A stretch of DNA of 62,000 bases from Octopus vulgaris (lineage: Eukaryota): positions 40,134,001-40,196,000 of the forward strand of contig OX597834.1 in NCBI GenBank assembly GCA_951406725.2, read 5' to 3'. How positions within the stretch are numbered: the first letter of the stretch is position 1; each line of letters starts with the position of its first letter. The notes below the pieces were generated by a model that had not been told where the DNA came from, searched no databases, and saw only the letters and a list, made by a program, of their open reading frames with translations. Made by a program: the position numbers and the translations under genes. Positions 27,690 to 40,537 of this stretch are shown here, piece after piece.

Positions 27690-27995
27690 TCAGCCACATG
27701 TGATACATGTGTAGAAGGATAAGGAGAGGGAGAGAGAGAGAAGCTACACATGTCTAATACATATATAAAGGGAATATGAGAGAGTGACTATCACATGTAG
27801 TATGTGTTTAAAAGGAGTATAAGAGGGTAAGTGCCACATGTAATACATATTTAGAGAGAGTATAAAAGAGTAAATACCACACGTCTACTACATGTTTAAA
27901 AGGAATATAAGATAGGGTAAGTACCACATGCGTGATACATGTTTGGAGGGAGTATGAGGGAGAGTAACTATCACATCTACTACATGTGTGGATGG
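27690..27995. repeat. Degenerate 43-47-bp tandem array, about 7 units
   Basis: Recurring taagt(g/a)ccacatg..atacatgttt...gagtat.agaggg. Confidence 0.6.
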
Positions 27996-28112
27996 AGTAG
28001 AAAACTCCACTCCATAGGTCAGACTTTAGTCTGACCTATGCAAGCATGGGAAAGTGAACATTAAACAATGGTGATATGGGACGACCTAGATGAGATGATA
28101 TGTATAAATATA

Positions 28113-28143
<31 letters not shown>

Positions 28144-28460
28144 TTCTTTTATTTTTGCCTAAGGTGCCATGTAGTGGGACTGAACTAGGAACCATGTGGT
28201 TGGTAAGCAAGCTACACCTATATATATATATGTGTGTGTGTGTGTATGTATGTTGGCCAGCTTGCACAGCCAGCTGGGTGCCGTCATTTGAAGGCTAAAA
28301 CAATGCGAAGTGCATCGTCACCAGCGGTGTAGCAACATCAATTAAATAATGAACTGAATTTATATATATTGATAGATATGGTAAGACAACAAAAGAATGA
28401 AAGAGACCTCGATATTATGTAAAATAGAGGAATTTATCTGTAAATGTAATATGTGATAAT

Positions 28461-28548
28461 TTTTCGATAGCCATGATAAAACTCTGAGTTTCGGATGTCG
28501 GGGCAGAAACCCACTCCGGCATCTCTTCCATTATCCGGCCATCGAAAA
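28461..28548 (-). ncRNA. Degenerate hammerhead-like three-way junction
   Basis: About 18-bp stem I, TGGAAGA core, 8-bp stem II (1 mismatch), CGAA, ACTC-A-GAGT stem III. Confidence 0.4.
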
Positions 28549-28651
28549 GCCATTCAATGATTCCATCTGACTCATGCAAGCACAGAAAAGAGGACATTAC
28601 AAAGAACAGGATGATGATGATGACGACGAAAAAGATGGTGTTTACTTGTGC

Positions 28652-28718
<67 letters not shown>

Positions 28719-29732
28719 GGAGAGAAGTGTAGAGAGGATTAACTAGAAAGATAAAGGAATCAGCTTTAAGATATTTGATAAATACTTGCTTTGATATATT
28801 GATATATTTTAGAGTAAGAAACCCGTCAATTGTTTGCTGACCTCTCAACCAAGTAACGGTGGATGGTGTGTGATATCTATGCTGTCCCCTGCCCTGACCC
28901 CTCTCCTTTCTCTCCTTTCTCTTCTTTCTCCAATACATTAGCAACACAACAGAAGGAAAATTAGCAACCACCAAGAATTAAAGCTAATTTGCAGATTCAA
29001 TAAAGCAAAGGAAGCACAGTGCTTATTATATCGAGCCGGATGGACCAGCTCGATATATAGATGGATTGGGGGAATGGGTAGGTTGATAAACGGATAGGGA
29101 GATGGATGGATGGGTGGAGGGAGGGAGGCAGAGAGTGAGTTTATAAAGATTGTCAAGATAAATAATTGAGTAAACATCATCATTTTAGCATCCCTCTTTT
29201 CATGGTAGCCTGGTTCGGGACACATGGTGTGATGCGCTGGGTAAGAAGTGATATATCAACAGATAGCTGTGTGTGTGTGTGTGTATGAATCTAAAATGTC
29301 ATATACTTTATACATGTGAGTGTATGAATCTCATATATACATATATACATATGTAATCAATATTTAATACATTTATATATACATACACATATATATCATC
29401 AAGTAACATCTATCAGCCATGCTGGAATTGCATATGCGTGTATGTGTGTGTATTTAAAATTGGAGTATTAAATCATTACCAATGTCTCTGGTAGGAATGT
29501 TTAACAGACATGGGGTGTGTACATGTGTGTGTGTGTGTGTAATATATACATACATACATACATACATACATACATACATACATACATACACACATTGCAT
29601 TGATGGGTAAATATTCTTTATTTGTGGGTTACCAAGGCAACTAACAGTTTCATGTGAGATCTTCACTTGAACAATTGTGTAGACTACTTGATATGAAACC
29701 ATTGGTTGCTTTGTTAACCCACAGAGCATATA

Positions 29733-29827
29733 TACAAGATGTGCTAAAAAGTTCTTGGCTTTGAGTAAAAGAAAATGCAAGAAGATCAGTTAATTATGAT
29801 TTTATTCAACATATTCCCCTCTCAGGT
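29733..29827 (-). mobile_element. Mariner-derived MITE, right end
   Basis: Degenerate TIR tacaagatgtgctaaaaagttcttggcttt plus the reverse complement of ctgagaggggaatatgttgaataa (LRGEYVE*). Confidence 0.45.
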
Positions 29828-30476
29828 CACACAATTATTATATATATATAATTTCAATATGGAGCAAATAATTCACAAAAAAAAAATAATTCATGAAAAA
29901 ATAATTTGCACAGATACCACTGACTTATATTATTTAGTGTAACAATTTAAAAATGGTAATAACAGAATCAATAATATAGATGATTGCAGGCCCCAAAAAA
30001 AGCATTAAATAGCTGGCAATTTAAATAAGAGTTTTGACTGTTATTTCCAGCAGGTAGACATACTTAATATGTCCTTTAATTAATTTTATATATATATAGG
30101 ACAGGTGTAGCAGTATTTTACACTTGCTTATACAACACAAATGTACTGAATGGCAGTGTGTAGAGTAACATGTTATGTATGTATAACTTAACTGCTATAC
30201 CCTTTTCCTATATGGGAATGAGGTGTATAGCGGTGGAGCATACAGTACTTATTATGTATGTATAATGCAGCCTGTCAAGACTATTTTATGCTATACAAAG
30301 TTTTGAACAATACAAGAGATGTTTAAGAATTGTTGCAGAAACAATCAAATTTACCAATTTTTTTTTTTACTGAAAGCTTCAATTAAATCAGAATTCTCTT
30401 ATAGAACAATGGCATCGATAAATCTTATAATTATATACACGCATGCACATTGTGTATATATGTGTGTGTGTATATT

Positions 30477-30532
<56 letters not shown>

Positions 30533-30639
30533 TACACACACACAGACATATACACACATGTATAATAGGACACATACAAATAATATGCAAATACCCGTAT
30601 TTAGTGACATCTATACAAGCACATACATGCATACACACA

Positions 30640-30984
30640 CACTACATATACATCTATACATTATATATACACACATACACACACATTACGTATACATCTA
30701 TACATTATATACATGGACATACACACACATTACATATACATCTATACATTATATATACACACATACACATCTATACATTATATATATATACACACATTCA
30801 CATACATACACATCTATACATATATATATACACACACACACACACATACACATCTATACATATATATATATATACACACACACACATACACATCTATACA
30901 TATATATATATATACACACACACATACATACACATCTATACATATATACATATATATATACACACACACACACACATACACATC

Positions 30985-31026
<42 letters not shown>

Positions 31027-31130
31027 TACACATCTATACATATATATATACACACACACATACATACCCATCTATACATATATATATATATACACACACA
31101 CATACATACACATCTATACATTATATATAT
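30640..31130. repeat. CATCTATA-anchored compound (TA)/(CA) minisatellite
   Basis: More than ten recurrences of catctatac separated by variable (TA)n(CA)n. Confidence 0.85.
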
Positions 31131-31476
31131 ATATACACCCTCCACACACACACACACGTATAATACAAACACATAATAATAATACTATAGAGATACACAC
31201 ATTCAATTGTATCTATATATACATGCACTCACACGGGTATACACTGAATTCTAAATATTTAATTGGTAGCAAATAGAATGAATTGCTCGTAAAGAGTCCA
31301 TTTATCATTATTTGTATTTTTTAATTGTTTTAGATGTACTTTATGACATACACAGACATTAACATACAAAAATACAACTATATATTAATAAAACACACAC
31401 ACATACACACACCAAATTAAGACACCTACAAACATACACATGTGTGTGTGTAGAGAGAGAGAGAGAAAGAGAGAGA

Positions 31477-31605
31477 GAGGGGTGTGCTGAAAAGTTCCTA
31501 GTTTTAAGAGTATAGTGAAAGGCCTGATTGGAGGTGCAACCTTCTTTTACAGGGCTTAGAACAAATGAAGGACCGCACCAATAAATGTAGGAATCTGAGA
31601 AGGGG
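31477..31605 (+). mobile_element. Mariner-derived MITE, left part
   Basis: TIR-like gaggggtgtgctgaaaagttcc followed by a transposase C-terminal remnant LQGLEQMKDRTNKCRNLRRG; related pieces at 57087 and 29733. Confidence 0.55.
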
Positions 31606-32603
31606 TGTCTTGCAAACAACTTGCACATGCAAGTGCTACCAGTCAAAAGCTCCGTATACCGGAAGCCGGCAAGTGTATGGGGTCATCAGGAGAGAATGCG
31701 CGCCGTTTCGGGGCCTACCTCTCGACGGCATCAATGCGCACCGGCCGCCACCTCACTGATATGAGGCCCCGCTTGCTAGATCAGCTGGTTAAGAAGTTAA
31801 ACTCAATATCCTTCTAGCCATCGCTCATTGTCTCTTTTTAACCAAATCCAGTGGCTAGCCTTCTCCACTGTAGATTGGATATCAGTCATGGTGGTATTGA
31901 CTTTACGATGAGTTAGGCCTAGCAATAACTGTTCTTCCTGTATTTTCTTTTACCCAAAGCAAAGAATTTTTCAGCATCCTCTCATATACGAGCCAGTGTA
32001 AGAGCTTCCACCTTGGTATTAGTCTTGCTTGAAATAACAGTCAATCCGCCCTCAAATCATAACCTATCATCATAAAAGGAGTGAGAGAGAGAAAGAGAGA
32101 GACATACTAGAGGATGAAGTCCTAGAAATGTAATGGAATAATGATGGGAAGGTCATGGCTGGTATGACTCTACACACTCTCTTCCAGGGCCGAAACATTG
32201 CTGATTGGTAGAGTTATGTCAAACAACTATGGTCACATGTAAGATGGGTCCAGCTATCAACTGAGTCCATTGTAAAGATTACCAAAACAGTCAGGGCTGG
32301 ATAAAGACCCCTACAGACCCTAAGCGCTTAAAAGATTTTGGTGCCCCCATAGATATGTAATTCAAAATACAAACAAAGATAAACCATAAAATAAATTTCT
32401 ATTTTTCCTCCTCTTATTATTATTATTAGTTTTAGCAAACTAGACAAAATGCTTAGCGGTATTTCACTCATTGCTACGTTCCGAGTTCAAATTCCACCAA
32501 GGCTGACTTTGCCTTCCATTCTTTTGAGGTCGATAAATTAAGTACCAGTGAAATACTGGGGTCAATGTAATCAAATTTCAGGCATTATGCCTTTAGCAAA
32601 AAG

Positions 32604-32644
<41 letters not shown>

Positions 32645-32835
32645 GGATGACTACATCTACATCATCCCTCCCACCCTCCTTTTTTCCCCCTTTTCTTAAC
32701 CTTTGAATATTATTCTTTTACTCTTTTACTAGTTTCAGTCATTTGACTGTGGCCATGCTGGAGCACTGCCTTTAGTCAAACAAATCGACCCCAGAACTTA
32801 TTATTATTATTTTTATTATTATCATTATTATTATT

Positions 32836-33289
32836 GAGCGAGAGAGCAGTGCTTGCCATCAAAGTGACACTGGGGTAAAATATACGAAGCCCAATGTACC
32901 CATCATGACTACCCGTCTGATAAGGGTACACCAGGCACATGCATCACAACCATATGTGTGCGACATGGTGATCTCATATCAAGATAAACTGCACATGACC
33001 TTGCAGGTAGGGCCCAGTTAGAATTTTCTTCTGGTCGAGTAACCCATCCTGCTTAAAGGTCCTTGAATAAGGGTTGTTTAAGGATGTTGAACAAAACACC
33101 CATGTTTCCAGAGGTGAATTATTCAAACCCCAAAGAATCCCTCTCAACACATGGCTATGATGCTCCCCCACTACTTCTGCTCGTGATCAGAGATGCACAT
33201 CTCGTCAGCCACAAAGGGTCATGCTCAACTGGTTAAGGTCAAGCAACTGACTAACAAATCTGTGGTATTGAGCAGAAAACTTGCTGTAG
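32836..33289 (-). mobile_element. (AAT)n-tailed retroposon 3' end, family F
   Basis: Shares sequence and the same 3' end next to (ATT)n with 54442-54660. Confidence 0.6.
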
Positions 33290-33535
33290 TAACAAGACAA
33301 AACAATGTAATGATAACACTTCCAATCAGTTAAGATAAGAAGCTACGAGTCACTGCCTAGTATTGCATCAGGGCCTTTATTATTATTATTATTATTATTA
33401 TCATTCTTATTCTATGTTTGACTTTTGCTTTATGTCTGTACAAGTTGGCTCCAAGTCTCACCCAGAGACCTCAAGAGACAACAGGTTGGAAGTTCACGTT
33501 GTTGTTATGCCTAGTTATTATCATTATTATTATTA

Positions 33536-33575
<40 letters not shown>

Positions 33576-34626
33576 CATTATTATTATTATTATCATCATC
33601 ATTACTATTATTATTATCATTATTATTATTATTATTTGTTGTTGTTGTTGTTATTATTATTGCTGTTGTTTTAAACTTTAAAACCTTTCACCCAATGTGT
33701 CTGTCTAAAGACTGGATATAAAGATAAATGCTTTTCACAAAATCTGGCAAAAATATAAAAATACAAGAAAAAAAGAAAAAGCTAAAAAGACCTTCTGTCC
33801 ACCACCACCACCACCACCCCTGCCCCCACACTTCACTTCCTTCCCTTCTATCCTCCTATCTTTCGTCCTACAAAACACATCCATTAGGCTTCTTTCTTTC
33901 TTTCTGAAAACAAACAAACAAACACACACAAAAGGAAAAAAAAAAACCTATCGTTTGTTTTGTAGTAATAATTAAGAAATTAGTTATTTATTGATTGGAA
34001 TAAGTTATGTTAACTAATTAGCAACAAATTATTTACTTGGGGCAGAGTGATGGTGGTGGGAGTGGAAGAAGAGAGGAGGAGGAGGAGGAGTAGAAAGGAG
34101 GGAGGGGTGACAGAAATCAGCATAAAGCATGCATGAGTGGTTTCAACCACACTTGAGTACTTTGTATATATAATTAAATCACTTCACATAACTTACAGGG
34201 TGTATATGTGTGTATGCGCATATATGTGTGTCTGTGTATACACACACAGACACACAGAAAGTTAAATGGGATAGTTATGCGCATAAATCAAGACAAAAGT
34301 CTGTTTTGTTTTGCAAAAGAAAAAAAACAAGAGTTCTTTTGAAAAACTCTTGTGTCTAATCAAGCGTGAAGTCGACAATTACCAGACAAAACAAAAGAAT
34401 AAAAACAAATTATCTTAACAAAGTGTGAATGCAATCATGCATGCCTAAACATATATGGGTTTCAAATTTTGGCACAAGGCCAGTAATTTCAGGGGCGGAG
34501 GGTAAGTTAATTATATCAATGCTACCAGCACTTGTCTGGTACTTTAGTTTATCGCTGCCCACCTCACCTGCCCCCACAAACAGATAAAAGGCAAAGTCGA
34601 CCTGGGTAGGATTTGAACTCCACTCT

Positions 34627-34860
34627 TATTTCTTTATTGCCCACAAGGGGCTAAACATAGAGGGGACAAACAATGACAGATAAAGGGATTAAGTCAATTA
34701 CATCGACCCCAGTGTGTAACTGGTACTTTATTTATCGATCCCGAAAGGATGAAAGGCAGAGATGACCTCGGCAGAATTTGAACTCAGAACATAACGGCAG
34801 ACGAAATACCACTAAGCATTTCGCCCACCTTTGCTAACATCTCTGCCAGCTTGTCGCCTT
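34627..34860 (-). mobile_element. SINE family B inserted in an older repeat
   Basis: Perfect 15-bp TSD tttgaactccactct at 34612 and 34861. Confidence 0.85.
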
Positions 34861-35052
34861 TTTGAACTCCACTCTGCTGAGTGGTTGGTGTTAGGAAGGG
34901 CATCCAGCTGTAAAAATCATGCTAAGAGGGTCACAGAAGTCTGGTGCAGGCTTCGGCTTGTGAAACCATCCCAACCATGCTAGCATGGGAAGAGGATGTT
35001 AAACGATGATGATGGGTGTAAAGAGATAGAAGAGATTCGCTAATTACTTTAC

Positions 35053-35273
35053 AGGGTATACGGACAATTTGTCGACAGACAGTTGGCTGACAGACAACTT
35101 ACAGACAGGACAATTGGTCATATGGTGAAATCCTGTTGCCCGATGTAGGGTGTTCCAGCAGCCACCCTCTTGATCCAAGACAGCACAATCTTCTCCAGGC
35201 ACTTGATGTAGGCCTCTGTGTTGAGTCTGAGGCCATGTAAGAATTGTCTGTTGGCAAATTATCTGCACACGCT
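35053..35273. mobile_element. 221-bp TIR element containing a Tc1/mariner-superfamily transposase fragment
   Basis: About 31-bp degenerate TIRs (gggtatacggacaatttgtcgacagacagtt), TTAC/TTAA flanks. Minus 35237-35121 reads HGLRLNTEAYIKCLEKIVLSWIKRVAAGTPYIGQQDF. Confidence 0.6.
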
Positions 35274-38153
35274 TTAAAGAGTGTGCTGGGTTATTTTTAT
35301 TGAGGCGCCAGTATTAGTGAGGGTGAGGATGCCTGGTGACCCGCTTGACAGAAGGGGTCCCCACTGCCCTAAAGCATTTCCATGTATTTAAGGTAACAGA
35401 TCAAGTGGAATAGAAAGTGAATGGAGATGGTGCTAGGGTGAGAATGATAAGGGAAATAGATTGGGACAACAGCACGGAAAGAGAACTGGGAGGGACAGTG
35501 ATGGCAAAGAGTGATGAGTGAGAGATTAAAGACAAAGTATAATGAGAAAAACTGTATCAATAGAGGGTAATGGAAGAGAAACAATAATGGCAGCTGCAAA
35601 TTTGCAGGTGAGAGAGAGAGAGAAAGAGAACAAGAGATAAAAATGAGAGGGAGAGAGAGAGAGAGAGAGAGAATGTGTAATGACATAGTAGAATGTGAAA
35701 GACAGTAAGAGCAGAGAGACAATAATGACAACATATTTCCAGGTAAGAGAGAGAGAGGGAGAGAGAGAGAGAGATAGATAGTTGTAAAAAGTGTAATGGA
35801 GATTAGTAATGAGTGCCCCAGGGATGGGGGAGGAGACAAGATTGGTGACTAGCAGTATGGAGGGGCAAGGAGGAGCACATCACAAATGACAGCAGTGGTG
35901 GTGGTCGTGGTGGTGGTGGTTATGTTAGCAGAGAAGAAAATCTTGAAGAGCATCAATAAAAATCTTCCATCTGTGAGAAAATGGATGTCACATCTCAAAG
36001 ACAGGGAATTCTATTGATTAAATATCAACGAGACATTCTCAACCATTTTCACTTTTCTGTGAGATTTGATGCTTTTTTCTATGAACCAGAGATTACTTTC
36101 CATAGAAAATAAAATTAACTTCTTCCATATTAAAAGAACCATACTTAATTGTCATCTACAGATTAACAATCATCTTAGACTGCCAAACACTTCTCAGAAT
36201 GGTTTGACCAACATCACAGTCAGTCGACCAGCTAGAAATAGCAGCCAAATCTCTCATGAATAATACCATTGTCATCATTTATTTTTGTCCACTTTTCCCC
36301 TGCTTTCATAGATCAGACAGAATTTATTGTGGCAGATTTTCCTGTGGCCAGATGCCCTTCTGGTCACCAACCCTCACCTGTTTCTGAGGAAGGTAATTCC
36401 CACCCCCCATAATCAGGTATGTTTACATGAAAAATTAGAAATAAAGGACACCCCACCCCAACTTGTATGGTGGAGACACATTTACAATTATGTGATATCA
36501 AGCTTACACACACCTCTCCATACCTACATACATATATATATATATATACTGTTGTGTCTGGGGAGAGTCATTTTCTTTTTGTGCCTTACCACTAAAATTT
36601 CCACTTTTTTCTTATTTTTATTTTCCTAAACTTTTCGTTGCATCTTGCAACCTTTTCAATAGTCTTGACTCTATAAGGCACAAAAAGAAAATGACTCTCC
36701 CCATACACAACAGAATATGCTTCAACACACAAACTCATATAAAGAATCTTGCAAACCAAATCATTACCGTATTCATTTTGAGATGTTCTGTGATTCTTTT
36801 AGTTAATTTTAAATATAACAAAGAATTTAGTAAAATAACTAAGTTATCATTTAGCTAGTGTTAGGAACATAAATTGTGACTAAGGTTTGGTGGGAGATTT
36901 TAATTCAGAACTTTTGAAAACAAGACATTTCTACTACAGAACCAAAGGCAGTTTCAGCCGGGTTAGCACCAAAAAGGTTAATAAAAAAAATAATAATAAT
37001 AACAATAATAATAGTAATAATAATAATAATAATAATAATGATAATAATAATAATAATAGACGTGATCCATCCAACATTTTGCACAGATTATAGGATTCAT
37101 GATTTGCAGGGATAATTGGTTGCTATTTCTATCAGGCTGGTCAACCACATGATGGCACCACACTCATAATTGATTGGTCTTTGTTCTTGGAACAAACGAA
37201 GCATGAAATATATTAACAATTTCAAAAACTACTCCTTACTTTTTTAACTCTGGGCCTCACCCCTCATCATTCATCACTCACCATTCACCACTCACCATTC
37301 TACCAAAATCATCACCATTCCTCCTCCATCTTTGAAAAAAATTAGTCGAATGTTTTGAAGAGAGATAAAGAAGGTTGGCCAAATTCCAGAAGATTTAAAC
37401 TATTTATTATTTTTATTTAAATAATTTAACATTAACGATATCTGGTTTCATTGCTGCAACAGACCGAAGCGATTCCTTACAATTGGTTCATGCAACACTG
37501 CACAAGAACGGCAGCGAAAGAATGGCAATAAATGGCTATTATGGAAATGTAAAATTCTTGTTTACATGATTCTGAATAGGACAGTGGGACGATGATGATG
37601 AGGGTGATGATGATGATGGTGGTGAGGATCATGGTAATGATGATGGTGGTGGTGGTGGTTATGATGATGGTGGTGGTGGTAGTAGTGGTGGTGGTGATGA
37701 TGATGATGATGGTGGTGGTGATGGTGGTGATGATGATGGTGGTGGTTATGATGATGCAATGCGATGATGATGATGATGATGATGGTAGTGATGGCAATGG
37801 TAGTGGCATACTATGATGGCGGTGGTAGGGGTCGGGGCCATTGTGGTGGTGGTGGTGGTGGTGGTGCTGATACTGATGGTGTTTACAGTGATGATGGTTA
37901 GAAATGATGATGGTGGGATTGATGATGATGATGATGATTGCATCAGTTACATACAATAACAAAAAAAAAACAAATTGGAAATCAATAATCGATGAGGAAG
38001 GTTTCAACTTTACCGATAACCATCCTAGTAATGGTGGTGATGATGATGATAGAAGTGGTGATGATGATGATGATAACAACCATGATGACAAAGATGATTA
38101 TGGTGATGTGGGAATGACGATGAGGATGATGGTGACTGTCAATGACGATGGCA

Positions 38154-38185
<32 letters not shown>

Positions 38186-38244
38186 GGTGGTAGTGATGAC
38201 AATAACGATGATGATGACAGTGTATATATGTCTACATGTGTGTG

Positions 38245-38279
<35 letters not shown>

Positions 38280-38484
38280 CTTTGTGTCTGTTTGTCCCCT
38301 ACCACCATCTGTTGATGTGTTTACGTCCCCGTAACTGAGCAGTTCAGCAAAAGCGACTGATAGAATAAGTACCAGGCTTTAACAGAAAAAAATATACTAC
38401 TGGGATCAATTCATTCAAATAAAAATTCAAAGCATTGCTCCAGCATGGCCGTGATACTAGTAACTGGTAAAAGACAAATTACAG

Positions 38485-38644
38485 ATGCAGGCATGGCTGA
38501 ATGGTAAGAAGTTTGCTCTAACGTCCACGTGGTTTTAGGTTCAGTCCCACCGTGTGGTACCTTGAGCAAGTATCTTCTATTATAGCCCCAGGCCTTGTAA
38601 GTGGATCTGGTAGATAAAGCCTGAAAGAAGCCAGTTGCGTGTGT

Positions 38645-38733
<89 letters not shown>

Positions 38734-39040
38734 TGTGTGTGTTTGTTTGTGTGTGTGTGTGTTTGTGTATGTGTGCAGAAATATGAGTGTGTTGCTGTTT
38801 CTTTGTTTTTACATCACATGGTGGTTGTAAACAAGAGTCACCATCATACAAGCAGTGTCGTTTGTTTCCAGTCTGCTGGAAAAACATGTCTGGCCACGGG
38901 GAGATGTCACCTTGTTTCAAAGCAGATGAGGGTTGGCAACAGGGAGAGCATCCAGCCGTAGGAAAATCTGCCTTGATAGACTCCATCCGACCCATGCAAG
39001 CAGAGAAAAGTGAACATTAAGACAATGATGATGATGATTA
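38485..39040 (+). mobile_element. Chimeric SINE: family A head, (GT)n, RTE-tailed 3' module E
   Basis: Module E ends catccagccgtagg...cccatgcaagc...gaacattaa(gat)n; other E copies at 36275-36520 (-), 48630-48845, 49075-49265 and 58095-58400. Confidence 0.7.
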
Positions 39041-39697
39041 TGATGATGAATAACAGATTCAATACCAAGAAATGTTCCATGCCAATGATGGACAACTGAA
39101 CTGGACCATTGACCACAAATATATTCGGTTCAGAACTTACTAGTGTCATTATATCATATTCTAACTCTGAGTAACTTTCCTGGTTTTATTTTTCCTTACA
39201 TAAACAGTACCACTCACCACCACTACCACCACAACCACCATCATCATCATCATCATCATCAACCCCACACTTCACGGTTCAATGATTAGCAGTAACAAAA
39301 GCAGCCAACTGTAAAAACAATTGCTGCAACATATTAACAATGGAAGAAATATCTTAATTATGCAAGCAGAGAAAACTCCTTTATCTTGCTTTAAATTTCA
39401 AGCAGGCCGCATATATACATTCACACACACATATTCACACACATAAATATGTGTGTGTTTGTGAGATGCCAGGTGCAATAACCGTATATAAGTAGAAAGA
39501 TGAATGATAATAAGCGTAAGGAAACTATTTGTATTAAAAGCTGCGTATACAATCACATGATGTAAATAAGTCTTATCTTTACAGCTGTTTCGAATAATCA
39601 ATGACTACTTGGTATAATACTGAGGTACAATACTGAGGCAATATAGTAGCTATACACGCAGACAAACCAAAGTATCAACTAGCACAATTTTTGATAG

Positions 39698-40036
39698 CTC
39701 TGTGCGGTTCATAAGTACATTATCGTAATTGAACAGACAGTCCCACGGGAAGAGGGGTGTAATGAGGCCCATGAATGGAAGCTTGCCAAATGGGAGAGCC
39801 TTCTGCAGGATTGCAAGGAGAAGGGATGGCAGGTATGGTTTTTCCCTGTCGAGGTTGGCTGTAAGGGATTCCCTGCTCAGTCGGCATTGAGGATGCTTAC
39901 AGCCATTCGAACGAGAAGTAGGGAGCAAAGGGTGGCTGTGTACAGGATGGGAGAGACAGCTGAAAGATCCTTTCATTGGCTTTGGAGCAAGAGAGAGGAA
40001 TTAAGCAGGAAGCCAGGAGGAGATGAAGAGCAGTGA
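39698..40036 (+). pseudogene. Restriction-like endonuclease C-terminus of a HERO-like (R2/NeSL group) non-LTR retrotransposon
   Basis: 113-codon open frame without an early start: KYIIVIEQTVPREEGCNEAHEWKLAKWESLLQDCKEKGWQVWFFPVEVGCKGFPAQSALRML..., matching the IELTVPWEE...HERK..KY...GW...PVEVGCRGF pattern of this group. Confidence 0.8.
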
Positions 40037-40449
40037 CATGACCACCTCTGCTGAACCATCAATGGAAGAATGTTACAGTTCAGGGTCTAATAACATCAGT
40101 TCCTCCTGGCCAAGGCTCCATTCACTTTGGTGAATGGAAAAAGTACCTCCTTAAGGCTTTTCTGTTTATCATCATCATCATCATCATCCAGTATTTTAAA
40201 TCTGGGTCAATTTAATATTTGATTTGTTATGAGATTTTTAGAATAATAATTATAAGATATTTAATTAATTTCTATGTAGTTATTATAGATAATATCTTTT
40301 CACAATTGATGGAATAACTAGATAGCGGTTTGTCTCTAAATTATATATATATATATATATAGGGAGAGTTTATGAAAAAAAACAAAAGACGAAGACAGGT
40401 GGTGTAGAAAACAAACAGATGTATTAGTATAACGCACAGGAATAGAAAA

Positions 40450-40491
40450 GTCTTTTACATTTCGAGTCTACACTCTTCTACAGAAAGGGAC
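40450..40491 (-). ncRNA. Second copy of the hammerhead-like motif, inside an (AT)n-flanked 180-bp element (40361-40540)
   Basis: Stem II reads GAGT gtag ACTC, a compensatory change relative to 56890. Confidence 0.5.
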
Positions 40492-40537
40492 ACAGAAAAA
40501 AACAAGGAGAGAAACCAGGGGAGAAAAAATCTGTGTA

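Noticed and set aside
37904-38338. N/D/G-rich ORF resembling an acidic low-complexity protein
   Set aside because: Derived from (GAT)n/(GGT)n and runs into a SINE.
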